DNA of 64,000 bases from an uncultured Acidobacteriota bacterium (GCA_963804995.1 CAWDSK010000001.1:256001-320000), one strand, 5' to 3'; shown: positions 32,138 through 44,632, counted from the stretch's first letter. Translations and numbers: made by a program. The notes: generated from the letters alone by a model not told the origin.

Positions 32138-32497
32138 CAAGAACCGGCCAACCTCAGCTATCAGCCGTCGGCAATCAGGGGTAGCGCAGCCGCTGGCCCC
32201 AAGCGAACGCGTCATGATAGGGGCGGGGCTTGCCTGCCCTAGCCCGCAATTCTCACCACGGGCAAGCGAACCGAAGTTTGGAGTGCGGCGACTCGTCGCC
32301 GCTTTCCAACGCCGCGACTCGTCGCGGCGAATCACTCAGCGCTGACGAGTCAGCGCTAGAAAAAGCGGGAGCAAGCTCCCGCACTCCGAAATTTGCCTCC
32401 GCGCGCCCGGACAAGCGGTTCGATCGTGGCGGGCGCGGAAACCATCAGAAAGGGCCTTTAACGACGGGGGTTAAACCCCGCCCTTCCAAAGCCGTGA

Positions 32498-34417
<1,920 letters not shown>

Positions 34418-34658
34418 TGAGAATTGCGGGCTAGGGCACCGCTTGCCGTACCCTCTTCATTTTTGCCACGTGACCGAAGCAAGAGGGTACAAGCCATACC
34501 GCTACAACCAGGGCAGCAAGGCCGCTGGTCCATTGTCAGAAGCAAGGTGTTACGCGATACCAGGCATCACCCTCCTTCGGCCCCAAAAATGCCCTTATGT
34601 CACTTGGATGGGTGAAAATGGGCACTTTGTCCGTGCCCGGCGCGAAGGGAGTGAGAAA

Positions 34659-35423
34659 ATGCGCAGCCATTTGGGTTGTACCGGCTCGGTGGTGTTAGGC
34701 GTCCTCTCAGAGGAAACGCAAAAGCGGCTGGAGCAGGCTGAGGCGAGTTGGCTGGAATACTCGCCCAATCCCGCCGCGCTTGAGGTCCGCCATGTCCAGC
34801 CGGACAACATTCCTCCCATGCGCGAGATTGCCGGCGAGCTATTGGAATTCCTGTGTTGTCTTACAGATGCAGAGCGCGCCCAACTTCCAGGGGGGTCTTT
34901 TTTTTACCGGGATGAGCCCACGGGTCAGTTCATCCGCATGAAGGCTGCGACGGGTGGTCTCTTGACCGTCACCTGGGCGCGACCCGATTACTCGCACTCG
35001 GAGTGGCAACAGTTCCGCAACCAGCCGGTGACCCTGGTCTTTGAGCCTTTCCAGAAGCTGAACGGCATGGTGAGTTTCGAAGGCAGCCCAACCTCTGCGG
35101 ATGACCTGCGGAGAGTTTTGGAAGCAACCGCAGGCCAGTACTCACAGGGGGACTACGAAATCGTTTCATCCATTGATCGCGTGCAGATCACGCTTCGCAA
35201 CGTCAACGCCGACGTGCTGAGCTTGGTCAATGCGCTTCGGTATTCGGACAAGAAGGGCACGCTGACGGGCGAAATCAACGTCAGTTCCTTCCGCGCCGGC
35301 GACCTGGAAGACTATTGCCGGTTTGTGTTTCGTTATGAGGAGACTTGGATCGCACGGCCCGCCCTTTGGTCGGACTCCCCGGATCCGCGCCCCACACCCG
35401 AACCGGTGGCGCGAGCGGCGTAA
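34659..35423 (+). CDS. Hypothetical protein
   Basis: 254-aa ORF with AAGGGAG RBS and coding-like composition; co-oriented with the acyl-CoA dehydrogenase. Confidence 0.7.
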   Translation: MRSHLGCTGSVVLGVLSEETQKRLEQAEASWLEYSPNPAALEVRHVQPDNIPPMREIAGELLEFLCCLTDAERAQLPGGSFFYRDEPTGQFIRMKAATGGLLTVTWARPDYSHSEWQQFRNQPVTLVFEPFQKLNGMVSFEGSPTSADDLRRVLEATAGQYSQGDYEIVSSIDRVQITLRNVNADVLSLVNALRYSDKKGTLTGEINVSSFRAGDLEDYCRFVFRYEETWIARPALWSDSPDPRPTPEPVARAA

Positions 35424-35470
35424 GAAGAGCAGTTTTCAATTTCCGATTCACCCCCAAGGAGCTCCAAATC

Positions 35471-36655
35471 ATGGATTATGGATTTACTGAGTATCAAGCT
35501 GCCATTCGCGACCTGTCGCGCGAGATTGCCGAAAAAGAAATCCGCCCTGTCTCGGCGGAATACGATCGCGAGGCCAAATTCCCCTGGCCCATCGTCAAGA
35601 TCCTGGCGGAGACGGACCTCTTCCGTGTCTACATTGACAACGAGTTCGGCGGGATCAGCGACGGCTCACCCATCATGAATATGGTGATCGTCACCGAGGA
35701 GCTCTCCAAGGCCTGTGGCGGCATTGCGCTCAGCTTTGCGGGTACGGCGCTCGGCACCCTGCCCATAATTCTTTCCGGCAACGAAGAGCAGAAGAAGCGC
35801 TGGCTGCCCGATATCGCCGCCGGCAAAAAGCTGGCTGCCTTCGCGCTCACGGAGCCGCAAGCGGGTTCTGACGCGGGCGCCGTGCGCACCACCGCCCTCC
35901 GCGATGGTGACCACTACGTGTTGAACGGCACCAAGCAGTGGATCACCAACGGCGGCGAGGCGGAGATTTACTCGGTCATCGCTTTGACGAACCCCACCAA
36001 GGGGCCGCGCGGAGCCTCCTGCATCGTGGTTGAGAAAGGCACGCCCGGCTTCACGTTCGGGAAGAAGGAAGACAAGCTGGGCATTCGCGCCTCCGCCACG
36101 CGCGAACTGGTTTTCCAGGATTGCCGCGTGCCTGTTGAAAATTGTCTGGGCCGCGAGGGTACGGGTTTCATCACCGCTATGAAGACGTTTGACGTTTCGC
36201 GTCCCGGCGTGGGCGCGCAGGCGCTGGGCATCGCGCAGGGTGCGTTCGACCTGGCGCTCGAATATGCCTGCACGCGCCGCCAATTCGGTTCCCCCGTCGG
36301 GTCATTCCAGGGACTGCGCTTCAAGATCGCCGACATGGCGACCAAGATCGAAGCCGCGCGCGCCCTCGTTTACGCCACGGCGCGGTACATCGACACCAAG
36401 CCCAAGGAGCGGCCCACCCTCTACTCCGCCATGTCAAAGTGCTTTGCCAGTGATGTGGCCATGGAAGTCACCATCGACGCCCTCCAGATTTTTGGCGGCT
36501 ACGGCTACATGCATGACTATCCCATCGAGAAATACATGCGCGACGCCAAGATCACCCAGATTTACGAAGGCACCAATGAGATCCAGCGGGAAGAGATGTC
36601 AAAGACGCTGATCAGCAACTTCCACTCCAAGCGTCCTGCCGTGCGCGCGGCATAG
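35471..36655 (+). CDS. Acyl-CoA dehydrogenase
   Basis: FALTEPQAGSD, LNGTKQWITNG, QIFGGYGY, QIYEGTNEIQR. Confidence 0.95.
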   Translation: MDYGFTEYQAAIRDLSREIAEKEIRPVSAEYDREAKFPWPIVKILAETDLFRVYIDNEFGGISDGSPIMNMVIVTEELSKACGGIALSFAGTALGTLPIILSGNEEQKKRWLPDIAAGKKLAAFALTEPQAGSDAGAVRTTALRDGDHYVLNGTKQWITNGGEAEIYSVIALTNPTKGPRGASCIVVEKGTPGFTFGKKEDKLGIRASATRELVFQDCRVPVENCLGREGTGFITAMKTFDVSRPGVGAQALGIAQGAFDLALEYACTRRQFGSPVGSFQGLRFKIADMATKIEAARALVYATARYIDTKPKERPTLYSAMSKCFASDVAMEVTIDALQIFGGYGYMHDYPIEKYMRDAKITQIYEGTNEIQREEMSKTLISNFHSKRPAVRAA

Positions 36656-36679
36656 GGCCGATTTTTCATCGCAAGTTTT

Positions 36680-36708
36680 GAAGGGCGGGGCAGAATCCCC
36701 GCCCTTTC
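36680..36708 (+). terminator. Hairpin, probable intrinsic terminator
   Basis: AAGGGCGGGG-cagaat-CCCCGCCCTT downstream of the dehydrogenase; weak U-tail. Confidence 0.5.
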
Positions 36709-36887
36709 GCTTGACAACACCCCCATAGCCCTCACAACCCCTTAACACCCCTTCAAGAACATGATAACCCATGTATATTCAATGGGTTGGGTGGGTAGCT
36801 CTTTTTCGAATTTGTTTTTATTGTGTAGCGGCGGGTTTACCCCGCCATTTTGTCGGGCCGGATGGCATTGGGCCGGGGACGTAGGGG

Positions 36888-37390
36888 GTGCCCCGTTGGG
36901 GCTGGAAGGTAGCGGCGAGTTGCTGTGGCGCTACACGGGGAACTCCAAGCGACCCCAATCAGCGGGCCTTTGTGTCCTTTTCGGGAGGCATCCTGGCGGA
37001 GTACTATTCGGGCGGCACGATCTTCGACCACCCCGACCAGATCGGCTCGATGAGCACTTCCAGCGACTACACCGGGAACACCTTGAACGAGAAACTGTTT
37101 TATCCCTTTGGGGAACTGTGGACGGGCGCGGCGATTCCAAACTTCAACACGCACCAGACCTTCGCTCACTTGCCGGACTACGATCCGGAAACCGACCAGT
37201 ACAACACGCTGAACCGTCACTACAGCCCCAGCGGGCGCTGGCTGAGCCCAGACCCCGGGGGAGTGAAAATCGTCAAACTCGACGACCCCCAAACCTGGAA
37301 CATGTATGCCTACGTCCGAAATAATCCCACCACCCTCACCGACCCCACGGGGCTTGCTGTTGCCACGGGGGGTAATCCGAACTGTGAACC
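36888..37390 (+). pseudogene. Orphan Rhs repeat-associated core fragment
   Basis: HPDQIGS, FYPFGE, YDPET, RHYSPSGRWLSPDP, YAYVRNNPTTLTDPTGL; no N-terminal Rhs shell and no evident toxin tail. Confidence 0.8.
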
Positions 37391-37399
37391 ACAGGAGCA

Positions 37400-37822
37400 T
37401 TGGTTCTGTTCATACTGGGAATGGGGGCGATTATGGCTGTCGGCCAACAAAAGCCGCTGCCCAGTGTCACGAGTGCAAGTGTGCCGCTTTACCCTCGGAC
37501 TCCGCAGATGGCACACATCGAGGGAGTGGTCCGGCTTCGAATCTCAACGGACGGGAATCGAGTTGCATCCGTAGAGGTTCAAAGCGGCCAACCGATGCTG
37601 GCACATGCGGCGCAGGATAATGTCAAAACCTGGCAGTTCGAGCCACACACACCAACCACTTTTGAGACTACTTTCCGCTACAAGCTTTTGCCTGCAAAGT
37701 GCGACGCGGAATGCAACTGCAACAGCGTGGAAAAACCTTCGGTGTTGCTCCAACTGCCAAGCGACGTTGAAGTGAATGCGAAAGAGTTGATGGTCTGCGA
37801 TTCGGCTTCCAACAGCAGGTAG
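37400..37822 (+). CDS. Secreted TonB C-terminal-domain-like protein
   Basis: Signal peptide; PLYPRTPQMAHIEGVVRLRI...SGQPMLAHAAQDNVKTWQF. Confidence 0.75.
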   Translation: MVLFILGMGAIMAVGQQKPLPSVTSASVPLYPRTPQMAHIEGVVRLRISTDGNRVASVEVQSGQPMLAHAAQDNVKTWQFEPHTPTTFETTFRYKLLPAKCDAECNCNSVEKPSVLLQLPSDVEVNAKELMVCDSASNSR

Positions 37823-38008
37823 CGCAGAGTCTGGCCCTTTCAGACTCTGCGGCTCTTAATGTGATGAACATCCACTGTATTATTAACACACGGCTTAACC
37901 ACCAAACGTGGTGATCCAGTTCTCTTGGGGGACACAAGTGGTGATCGGGAGTCGCATCCAACAAACGAAGAGCCGCAGAGTCTCAAAGAGCGCGAGACTC
38001 TGCGCTAC
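37819..38008. repeat. 190-bp GTAG-REP doublet (REPIN-like), copy 1
   Basis: GTAGCGCAGAGT..ACTCTGCG hairpin and an inverted partner ending GCGCTAC. Confidence 0.85.
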
Positions 38009-38178
38009 GTGCTGATGCCCTGCTTGTCGACGAGGGCGGCAATACGCTTGCTCGACACCCCGCCGGCCAGCAAAGCCAGAACCTTGTTCTCGCTGAGCGG
38101 CTTCTCTTGGGCGGGCGGAGCTTGCGCCAGGCCGAGGCTGGCGGCAACCAGGATCGCGAGCAAACAAGCACGCTTCAT
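38005..38178 (-). pseudogene. Truncated secreted protein
   Basis: MKRACLLAILVAASLGLAQAPPAQEKPLSENKVLALLAGGVSSKRIAALVDKQGIST*; stop codon supplied by the REP GTAG. Confidence 0.65.
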
Positions 38179-38622
38179 AGCTGTTATCTCCGGGCAGAGA
38201 TTCCTATTTCGGGTTCGCAGGTCGCCGCAAGAGTACGTCCACGCTGCGGTCCAGTCAATCCGATAGTGGGATTCGTAAGCAGGGAGCCAGACTTAGGGTG
38301 GACTTTGGTACGCCAGGGAAAGCCTGCGGAGTGCGGACCTGCTCTTAAGGTCTGCGGTTCTTCCCGGATTGACGACAACGAGCCGCGGACCTACCGAACA
38401 GGTCTGCTACGCTTCCTAAAATTAGAAGCACACCTCGGATGTCCGGAGTAAAATCCTTGGCAGCAAATGAGGAGACCCTACACTTTATACTTCGAAGTAG
38501 CGTAGAGCGGCCTTGATTCTCTCCCCATGTCTGGCGGTAGTGGGAGACTTTTAGTTTGATAGACTCAGCGGAAGCATTTCTTTGAAGCTTGACCCACTTT
38601 CGGAAGCGGTTGAGGAGGATGT

Positions 38623-40590
38623 ATGAAGGTCAGAGCGAGTGAGCCCTTAGTCCCAAGGAAGCCTAAAGAGAACCCAAGGCAGAGAGGAAGCGCGGCGACC
38701 CCCGCGGGCGACCGCGCTTTGGGCATGAATGCGCGCATCTGCCGGCGAGACTTTTTGAACTCGGCACTACTGGCTTCCGGGAGTGCATTGCTCAGTTCCG
38801 TAACTCCGCTTGAACTTCTGGCCCAGCAACCCTCCTGGGGAGGGTATACCGGGGAGGGAGATTACGCGGGCGCCAATGGCAATACGCTGGACACAGTGTT
38901 GGCTGCCCACGCGCTGCGGGACGGAGTTTTCGATTCTCCTCCCGCCTCGGTGGTGGACACGGGCGAAGTCTTCGACTTGGTGGTGGTGGGCGGTGGATTC
39001 AGCGGCTTGGCTGCGGGGTTGTTCTTCAACGACCAGGCGCCGGCCCAGCAAACTTGTTTAATCCTGGAAAACCATGCCATGTTCGGCGGCCAGGCGCGGC
39101 GGAATGAATTCCTGGTCGACGGCCACCGGCTGATCGTGCCGCAAGGTTCGAACAATTTTTCCACTCCCGCCCCGGGGCTGATGCGGGATTTCTATACCCG
39201 CATCGGGGTAGATGCCAGTGCGTTCGAAGACGACGCGCACCAGGAGTGGGGTGGCCCTGGCCCCGCCATGCCGTTGAGCTGGTGCGCCTATGATCACGTC
39301 GGGGCGTGTCCGTCGGTCCCGAATTTCGGCTTCTGGTTCGGGCCGAAGTTCGGGCAACAGCCGGGCAAGTGGGTGGTGGATCCCTGGAATAACCTGGAGC
39401 AGCTTCCGGTATCCCCGCAATTGCGTTCCGATTTCGCCAAGTATAAGAAGATGTGCATCGAGCACCAACAATCACCGCGGCATGAGACGGAAGAGGAGTT
39501 ACGCCGCCTCGATACGGTCGCGGCCGAGGTGATCGCGGAGCGGTATGGCCTCAGCCGGGAGTTTGTCCGCATGTACTTAGCTCCTCGAACGGCGACCGTC
39601 CATGGCCTTGGACCCGATGCGCTCACTGGTTATCGTTATCAGGAGATCTTTGGCGACAAAGACCCTCGCCATCTCAAAAGCTTCCCGGGTGGAAACACGG
39701 GTTTTACGCGGCATATCGTCAAGACCCTCATTCCCGATGCGATTTCCGGTCCTCGAACGCTCGAAGCGGTTTGCCGAAACCGCATCAATTTTGCCACGCT
39801 CGATCGTCCGAGCAATAAGGTGCGCATCCGCCTGCGGTCAACGGCCGTGCGGGTTGAGCATGAAGGGGACCCGGAAAAATCCTCCTTCGTCCGGGTGATG
39901 TACACGCGCGACGGCAAGGTCTATCGCTTGAAGGCCCGCGCGGTGATCATGGCGGGGGGCGGCTGGATCACCAAACATGTGGTGCGGGACCTGCCTTCCC
40001 CGCATCGCGCCGCCTACGACCAATTCAACTATACGGCGACCTTGGTGGCCAACGTGGCCGTACGCAACTGGCGCTTTCTTTATAAATTGGGGCTTTGCGG
40101 AGGACGCTGGTTCGAGGGGTTCGGCTTTTGGACCGAAGTGCGCACCGTCGCCAAGTTTGGGGCGGATTCGCCGACGATCGGACCGGATTCACCTACGGTC
40201 CTGAGCCTCATCGTGCCTTACTATTACCCGGGCCTGCCCATGCCCGAACAATGCAGCAAAGGACGTGCGGAGATGCTCTCCACGTCGTTTCGCGATTTCG
40301 AGCGAAAGATCCGTGAGCAGTTTACCGATATGTTTTCAGTGTCCGGATTTGACGCCCGACGGGACATAGCCGGCATTATCCTGAACCGCTGGGGACATCA
40401 TTTTATTACTCTCCCACTCGGAATGACCTGGGGAGAAAACGGCAAACCCGCGCCGCGTGAAATTCTGCGCCGCGCCCCCTTTGGCCGGATTGCCTTTGCC
40501 AACACCGACTTGCAAGGACATTCGGGGCACAATTATGCGACTGAAGAGGCGCATCGTGCGGTGGGCCAGGTCCTCTCACTGCCAGGGTGA
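38623..40590 (+). CDS. Tat-exported FAD-dependent amine oxidoreductase (spermidine dehydrogenase-like)
   Basis: ICRRDFLN twin-arginine; VVVGGGFSGLAA; ENHAMFGGQARRNEF; LNRWGH. Confidence 0.85.
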   Translation: MKVRASEPLVPRKPKENPRQRGSAATPAGDRALGMNARICRRDFLNSALLASGSALLSSVTPLELLAQQPSWGGYTGEGDYAGANGNTLDTVLAAHALRDGVFDSPPASVVDTGEVFDLVVVGGGFSGLAAGLFFNDQAPAQQTCLILENHAMFGGQARRNEFLVDGHRLIVPQGSNNFSTPAPGLMRDFYTRIGVDASAFEDDAHQEWGGPGPAMPLSWCAYDHVGACPSVPNFGFWFGPKFGQQPGKWVVDPWNNLEQLPVSPQLRSDFAKYKKMCIEHQQSPRHETEEELRRLDTVAAEVIAERYGLSREFVRMYLAPRTATVHGLGPDALTGYRYQEIFGDKDPRHLKSFPGGNTGFTRHIVKTLIPDAISGPRTLEAVCRNRINFATLDRPSNKVRIRLRSTAVRVEHEGDPEKSSFVRVMYTRDGKVYRLKARAVIMAGGGWITKHVVRDLPSPHRAAYDQFNYTATLVANVAVRNWRFLYKLGLCGGRWFEGFGFWTEVRTVAKFGADSPTIGPDSPTVLSLIVPYYYPGLPMPEQCSKGRAEMLSTSFRDFERKIREQFTDMFSVSGFDARRDIAGIILNRWGHHFITLPLGMTWGENGKPAPREILRRAPFGRIAFANTDLQGHSGHNYATEEAHRAVGQVLSLPG

Positions 40591-40676
40591 TGGAAAACCG
40601 GGGACGTACCAGCTCACCGCGCACATCGTTCCGCGCCACGCTTGCTCTTCCTTTATCCCGGACGTAACATCTTGGC

Positions 40677-40922
40677 GTGAGGGCCCCGGCGAGATTTCCA
40701 ATTCGCACCGCATTCCTCTGCCTGCTTGGCGTGTTGCTATTTCTCGCGCCGGGCGGGGCGCGTGCCGACGAATTCAGCACAACCCTTCGTTACTCTGTCC
40801 GGATGTTTTCTTTTGGCACGCTCACGGTTGACACGCGCATGGGCAACTTCCAGGTGGAAGGCTGGGACGAGCCGCGCCTGGAGATCGAAGCCGAGAAAGT
40901 TGTGGAGGCGAACAGCCGGTAG
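40677..40922 (+). pseudogene. Truncated DUF4097/adhesin-like secreted protein
   Basis: Signal peptide, GTLTVDTRMGNFQVEGWDEPRLEIEAEK; ends at the REP GTAG. Confidence 0.6.
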
Positions 40923-41108
40923 CGCAGAGTGTACGCCTTTCACACTCTGCGGTTCTTACTCTGATAAACATACACTGTATTATTAACACACCACCTTGAC
41001 ACCTGATGTGGTCAGCCAGTTTCTCGGGAGATCATAATTGGTGATGGAAAGTCGCGCCGAAGAGACGAAAAGCCGCAGAGTCTCGGAAAGCACAAGACTC
41101 TGCGCTAC
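40919..41108. repeat. 190-bp GTAG-REP doublet, copy 2
   Basis: Same length, orientation and conserved blocks (CACTGTATTATTAACACAC) as 37819-38008. Confidence 0.85.
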
Positions 41109-41522
41109 CCTGCTTTCATGGGCACAATGTAACAACAGATCTGTTGCTTATCAAGGGAAATTCGGCCGGACATTGATTGGGCGGGACGTGGACTTGCAGG
41201 GCAGGGTTCGCTGTCATGCCCGATACGCCAGCGGCAAGCGAAGGTCGGAAGAACAGTGGTTAGTGGCTAGTGGATAGTGGCGAGAAAGACAGGCAGAACG
41301 ACAGTGCCTAGTGGTTAGTGGCTAGTGGTTAGAAAGGCAGCCCGAAGGGCTGTGGTTCGTGGCCAGGGGCTGGGGGCGGACAGCAAGGCAGCGTGGGCCT
41401 CTGCGGTGCTGGGGCCCATGACAAATCAAGCAGGTCAATCCGTCGGCTGACGGCCCCCCTCCGATTCCTGGGTTCGGCACAGATCGGACCGCAAATAGGA
41501 CCCGTTGAACCACGAGGCGTAA

Positions 41523-41627
41523 TCACCCCGTCGCTTCCGCGCCGCAACAAGAACTTCCGCCCTTGGTGACGCGCAGGGCGGCTTGACCATACTTTTCTTT
41601 CACGACTTTTTGTCATTGGTGGGACAT
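41523..41627 (-). pseudogene. Arsenite methyltransferase (ArsM-like) N-terminal remnant
   Basis: MSHQ*QKVVKEKYGQAALRVTKGGSSCCGA resembles the ArsM N-terminus. Confidence 0.55.
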
Positions 41628-41730
41628 GTCCCAGAAGTTGCTCTCCGCGGGGCATAGCGCGCGAGGTCCCACTACTTTCCCCAACTTCATGCGTTTTTAC
41701 CCTGACGTTTTATCAACGGCTCCGACGCAC

Positions 41731-43301
41731 TTAGTTGCGCCCTTCCTGCACATAACCGTAAAGCAAGCCGGAGCTGACGCGACCAATCGAGACCTCCACA
41801 AGTTGATTGGCGGGAACTTCTGAGCCCGGCAGCACGACCTTCAGGTAATGGGTGGTAAGCGCCACGCGGGCGCCTGCTTCGACTTCGTCCAGCGTGACGG
41901 CAGCAACGCTTCTGCCCACTTGCGCGGCAAGAAAGGCCTCACGCTTGGCGGCGATGACGGCGCGGATTTCCTGACTGCGCTCACGCGCCACGCGGCCGTT
42001 CACTTGTGCCGTGGCTGCGGCCGCCGGAGTGCCCGGACGCGCCGAGTAAGGGAAGACGTGCAGATAGGTGTAAGGGAGCGATTCGATAAAGCGCAGGCTT
42101 TCGGCGTGATCCTGGTCGGTCTCACCGGGGAAGCCCACCATGACGTCCGCTCCAATCGCGGCGTGGGGAATCTGCTCGCGAATGGCCAGAATACGCTCAG
42201 CGTATTGGCGGGCCCAGTAGCGCCGGTTCATGCGCCGCAGAATCCGGTCGCACCCGCTTTGTAGCGGCACATGAAAATGCTGCGCCAAACGCGGCTCGCA
42301 AGCCACCAGGCGAATCAGCTTGGCACTCACGTCCATGGGCTCGATGGAGCTAATGCGGATACGCGCGATCGAGCTCTCACCGAGAATGCGCTCCAGGATT
42401 CCCAGGAAATTGATGCGCCGATCCAGGTCGCGCCCGTAGCTGCCCAGATTGATCCCGGAGAGGACCACTTCCTGGTAGCCCGCTCCTCGAGTTGTCGCAC
42501 CTCAGCCAAAAGCTTTTCCGGCTCGAGGCTGCGGCTCGGCCCACGCACGGAGGGGATCACGCAGAATGCGCAGCGAGCGTTGCATCCATCCTGAATCTTC
42601 AGCGTAGGCCGCGTGCGATCGTCCGGGAAGACGGGCGCGAAGTGAAATTCCTCCGAGATCTCGCCCACCAGAACCTGGGCGGGGGCGAAAATAATCGGGT
42701 CATCGGGCCATCGGGTCATCGGGCCATCAGGCGATCGGGTGGGAGGAATCGGGAGATCGGGTGATCGGGTGATCGGGTGATCGGCCGGTTGAGCAACCGG
42801 GCGCGCTGGCTCCTCACTCGTCACTTGGCACTCGTCACTGTTTCTTGGCTCCCGGATTTGTACAAGCGTAGAAGGGGCTTGCTTATAGAAGGTGCTGGCC
42901 GGCTGATCGTTCTTCTGCTGCTCTCCCGATCTCCCGATCTCCCGATCACCCGATTCTACCGGGCGTTCCGGGGCGAGTATCGTGCTCACCAGATGTTTGT
43001 GAGAGTTACCCACGACCCAAGCGACGCCTTCCAGACGAGCAATCTCCTCCGGAGCGCGTTGCGCGTAGCAGCCTGTCACCAGGATGCGGCACTGGGGATT
43101 GCGGCGATGGATGCGGCGCACGAACTGGCGGACTTCCGCGTCAGCCGTGGCCGTGACGGTGCAGGTGTTGAGGATGGCGACTTGGCTCTCCTCAATCGTG
43201 CTGACTTCTCGGAGCCCGGCCTCGAGCAGTTGCTGCTTCAAAGCGGCGCCATCGGCCTGGCTGGCGCGGCAGCCGAAATTGAGAATGTGAAAAGTAGCCA
43301 T
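41731..43301 (-). CDS. mtaB: tRNA t6A37 methylthiotransferase (frameshift near 42480; repeat-derived insertion)
   Basis: NFGCRASQAD, NTCTVT, VTGCYAQ, KIQDGCNARCAFC, RISSIEP, HVFPYSARPGT. Confidence 0.92.
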
Positions 43302-43361
43302 GCCCAGGGAGAGATTGTAGCTGAGATGCGCACCGGCCACCAACCAATTGGGGCCAATCAA

Positions 43362-43502
43362 GGGGGTGAGATCCCGCCAGAGTACAGTTGGAGGCCAAGC
43401 TTAAGCAGCGCTGAGATGAGGTAAGCAGGCACACCTCCACGCCTGTCTCCAGGTCTGTAGAGACACGTCCCACTTGCAACGGGACCCACAAGGTGTGAGT
43501 GG
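43362..43502 (-). ncRNA. Candidate structured RNA (possibly 6S RNA)
   Basis: Closing stem GTGGGTCCCG/CGGGATCTCAC, apical TGGAGG/CCTCCA stem, internal GTCTC/GAGAC hairpin; non-repetitive intergenic sequence. Confidence 0.3.
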
Positions 43503-43508
43503 AAAAGA

Positions 43509-43808
43509 CTAAGCCGGGGTGGCAGCAGTCCGTCTCTGTTGGAAGCATTCCCGACAGTAGACCGGCCTGCCCTGAGTCGGTTTAAAGGGAACCGTCGTCT
43601 CCTTGCCGCACTGCGAGCATACGGTAGTGGTTTCGACGCGTTGGTAACCCTGACCGCTCAGCATCTGACTACGCTTGGACTTGCAGGGCTTGCACCGTTT
43701 GGGCTCGTTCTTAAAGCCCTTGTCGGCGAAGAAAAGTTGTTCACCCGAAGTAAACACAAATTCCGCGCCGCAATCGATACACTTGAGGACCCGATCCCGG
43801 TATTCCAT
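43509..43808 (-). CDS. Zinc-ribbon protein with CxxC-x17-CxxC domain
   Basis: LKCIDCGAEFVFTSGEQLFF..KGFKNEPKRC; CSQCG..TVPFKP..GRPVYCREC. Confidence 0.9.
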   Translation of the reverse strand: MEYRDRVLKCIDCGAEFVFTSGEQLFFADKGFKNEPKRCKPCKSKRSQMLSGQGYQRVETTTVCSQCGKETTVPFKPTQGRPVYCRECFQQRRTAATPA

Positions 43809-43907
43809 AGCTCGCTCCCTTGGTCGAACAGGTCCTCACCCGCCCCAGTCCCCGGCTGTGAGGATGGGCACGGGTTATTGCCATCCCCACTTAGGTTCAG
43901 CACACGT

Positions 43908-44105
43908 TCAGTCCTGTTCGTGTCTGGCCTTTTTTCGAGCCCGTTTACGAGCCAAGGCCGCCTTGACTCTTCGCTTCTCTCCAGGTTTCAGATAGAAGGA
44001 ATGCTTTTTTATCTCTTTAATAATGTCTTCCTGCTGAACCTTTCGCTTGAAGCGCCGCAGCGCGTTTTCCAAAGACTCTCCGTCCTGAAGTCTAACTTCA
44101 GCCAA
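43908..44105 (-). CDS. rpsU: 30S ribosomal protein S21
   Basis: ESLENALRRFKRKV...YLKPGEKRR. Confidence 0.96.
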   Translation of the reverse strand: MAEVRLQDGESLENALRRFKRKVQQEDIIKEIKKHSFYLKPGEKRRVKAALARKRARKKARHEQD

Positions 44106-44236
44106 CCTATCTACACCCCCATTTCAATTTAAAGTATGAAGACCAGCACCTGAGAAGCAGGTGGCTGAATTGTTACCTATCAACTTGTCTAAGTCAAGGG
44201 CATTTTGGGAGAAATTGTCCCTGGGCGGGAGAAGCC

Positions 44237-44522
44237 GTGAAAAAATAGCATTCTCACCGCAGAGACGCTGAGGCGCAGAGAAAAGGACCTTTATTTTCAT
44301 TTCTCTGCGCCTCAGCGTCTGCGCTATGAAAATGCATGTGCCAAAGGCACCTTGGAGTGCGGCGGCTCAACGCCGCCTTGAATTTACGCCGAGGACGATG
44401 ACGAAGGCGGCGTCGAGCCGCCGCACTCCAAGGTGCTTCGCACATTTTCATGTACAGTGGCGAGCCGAAGTCTCATGGGAATCTGCGGTGAAAATTGCAT
44501 TTTTTCACACCTTCGGACGCCC
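44237..44522. repeat. Nested composite palindrome (family B shell with inserted elements)
   Basis: Near-identical inverted copy at 46122-46415. Confidence 0.9.
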
Positions 44523-44632
44523 GTGCCACTTCAAAATGTGTCACCACCCCCCCGAGCGGGTTCTTGACCCTGTGGAACGCTTGTGTTACGGTCAGCATCC
44601 GAATTCATAACGCGCCCTCACCCGGCGGTCAA

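Noticed and set aside
37868..37892. dif/Xer site in the 190-bp element
   Set aside because: Does not fit the 11-6-11 XerC/XerD consensus
44254..44610. Short duplicated ORFs (also 46066-46390 and 10054-10681)
   Set aside because: Translations of palindromic repeats with no protein-family features
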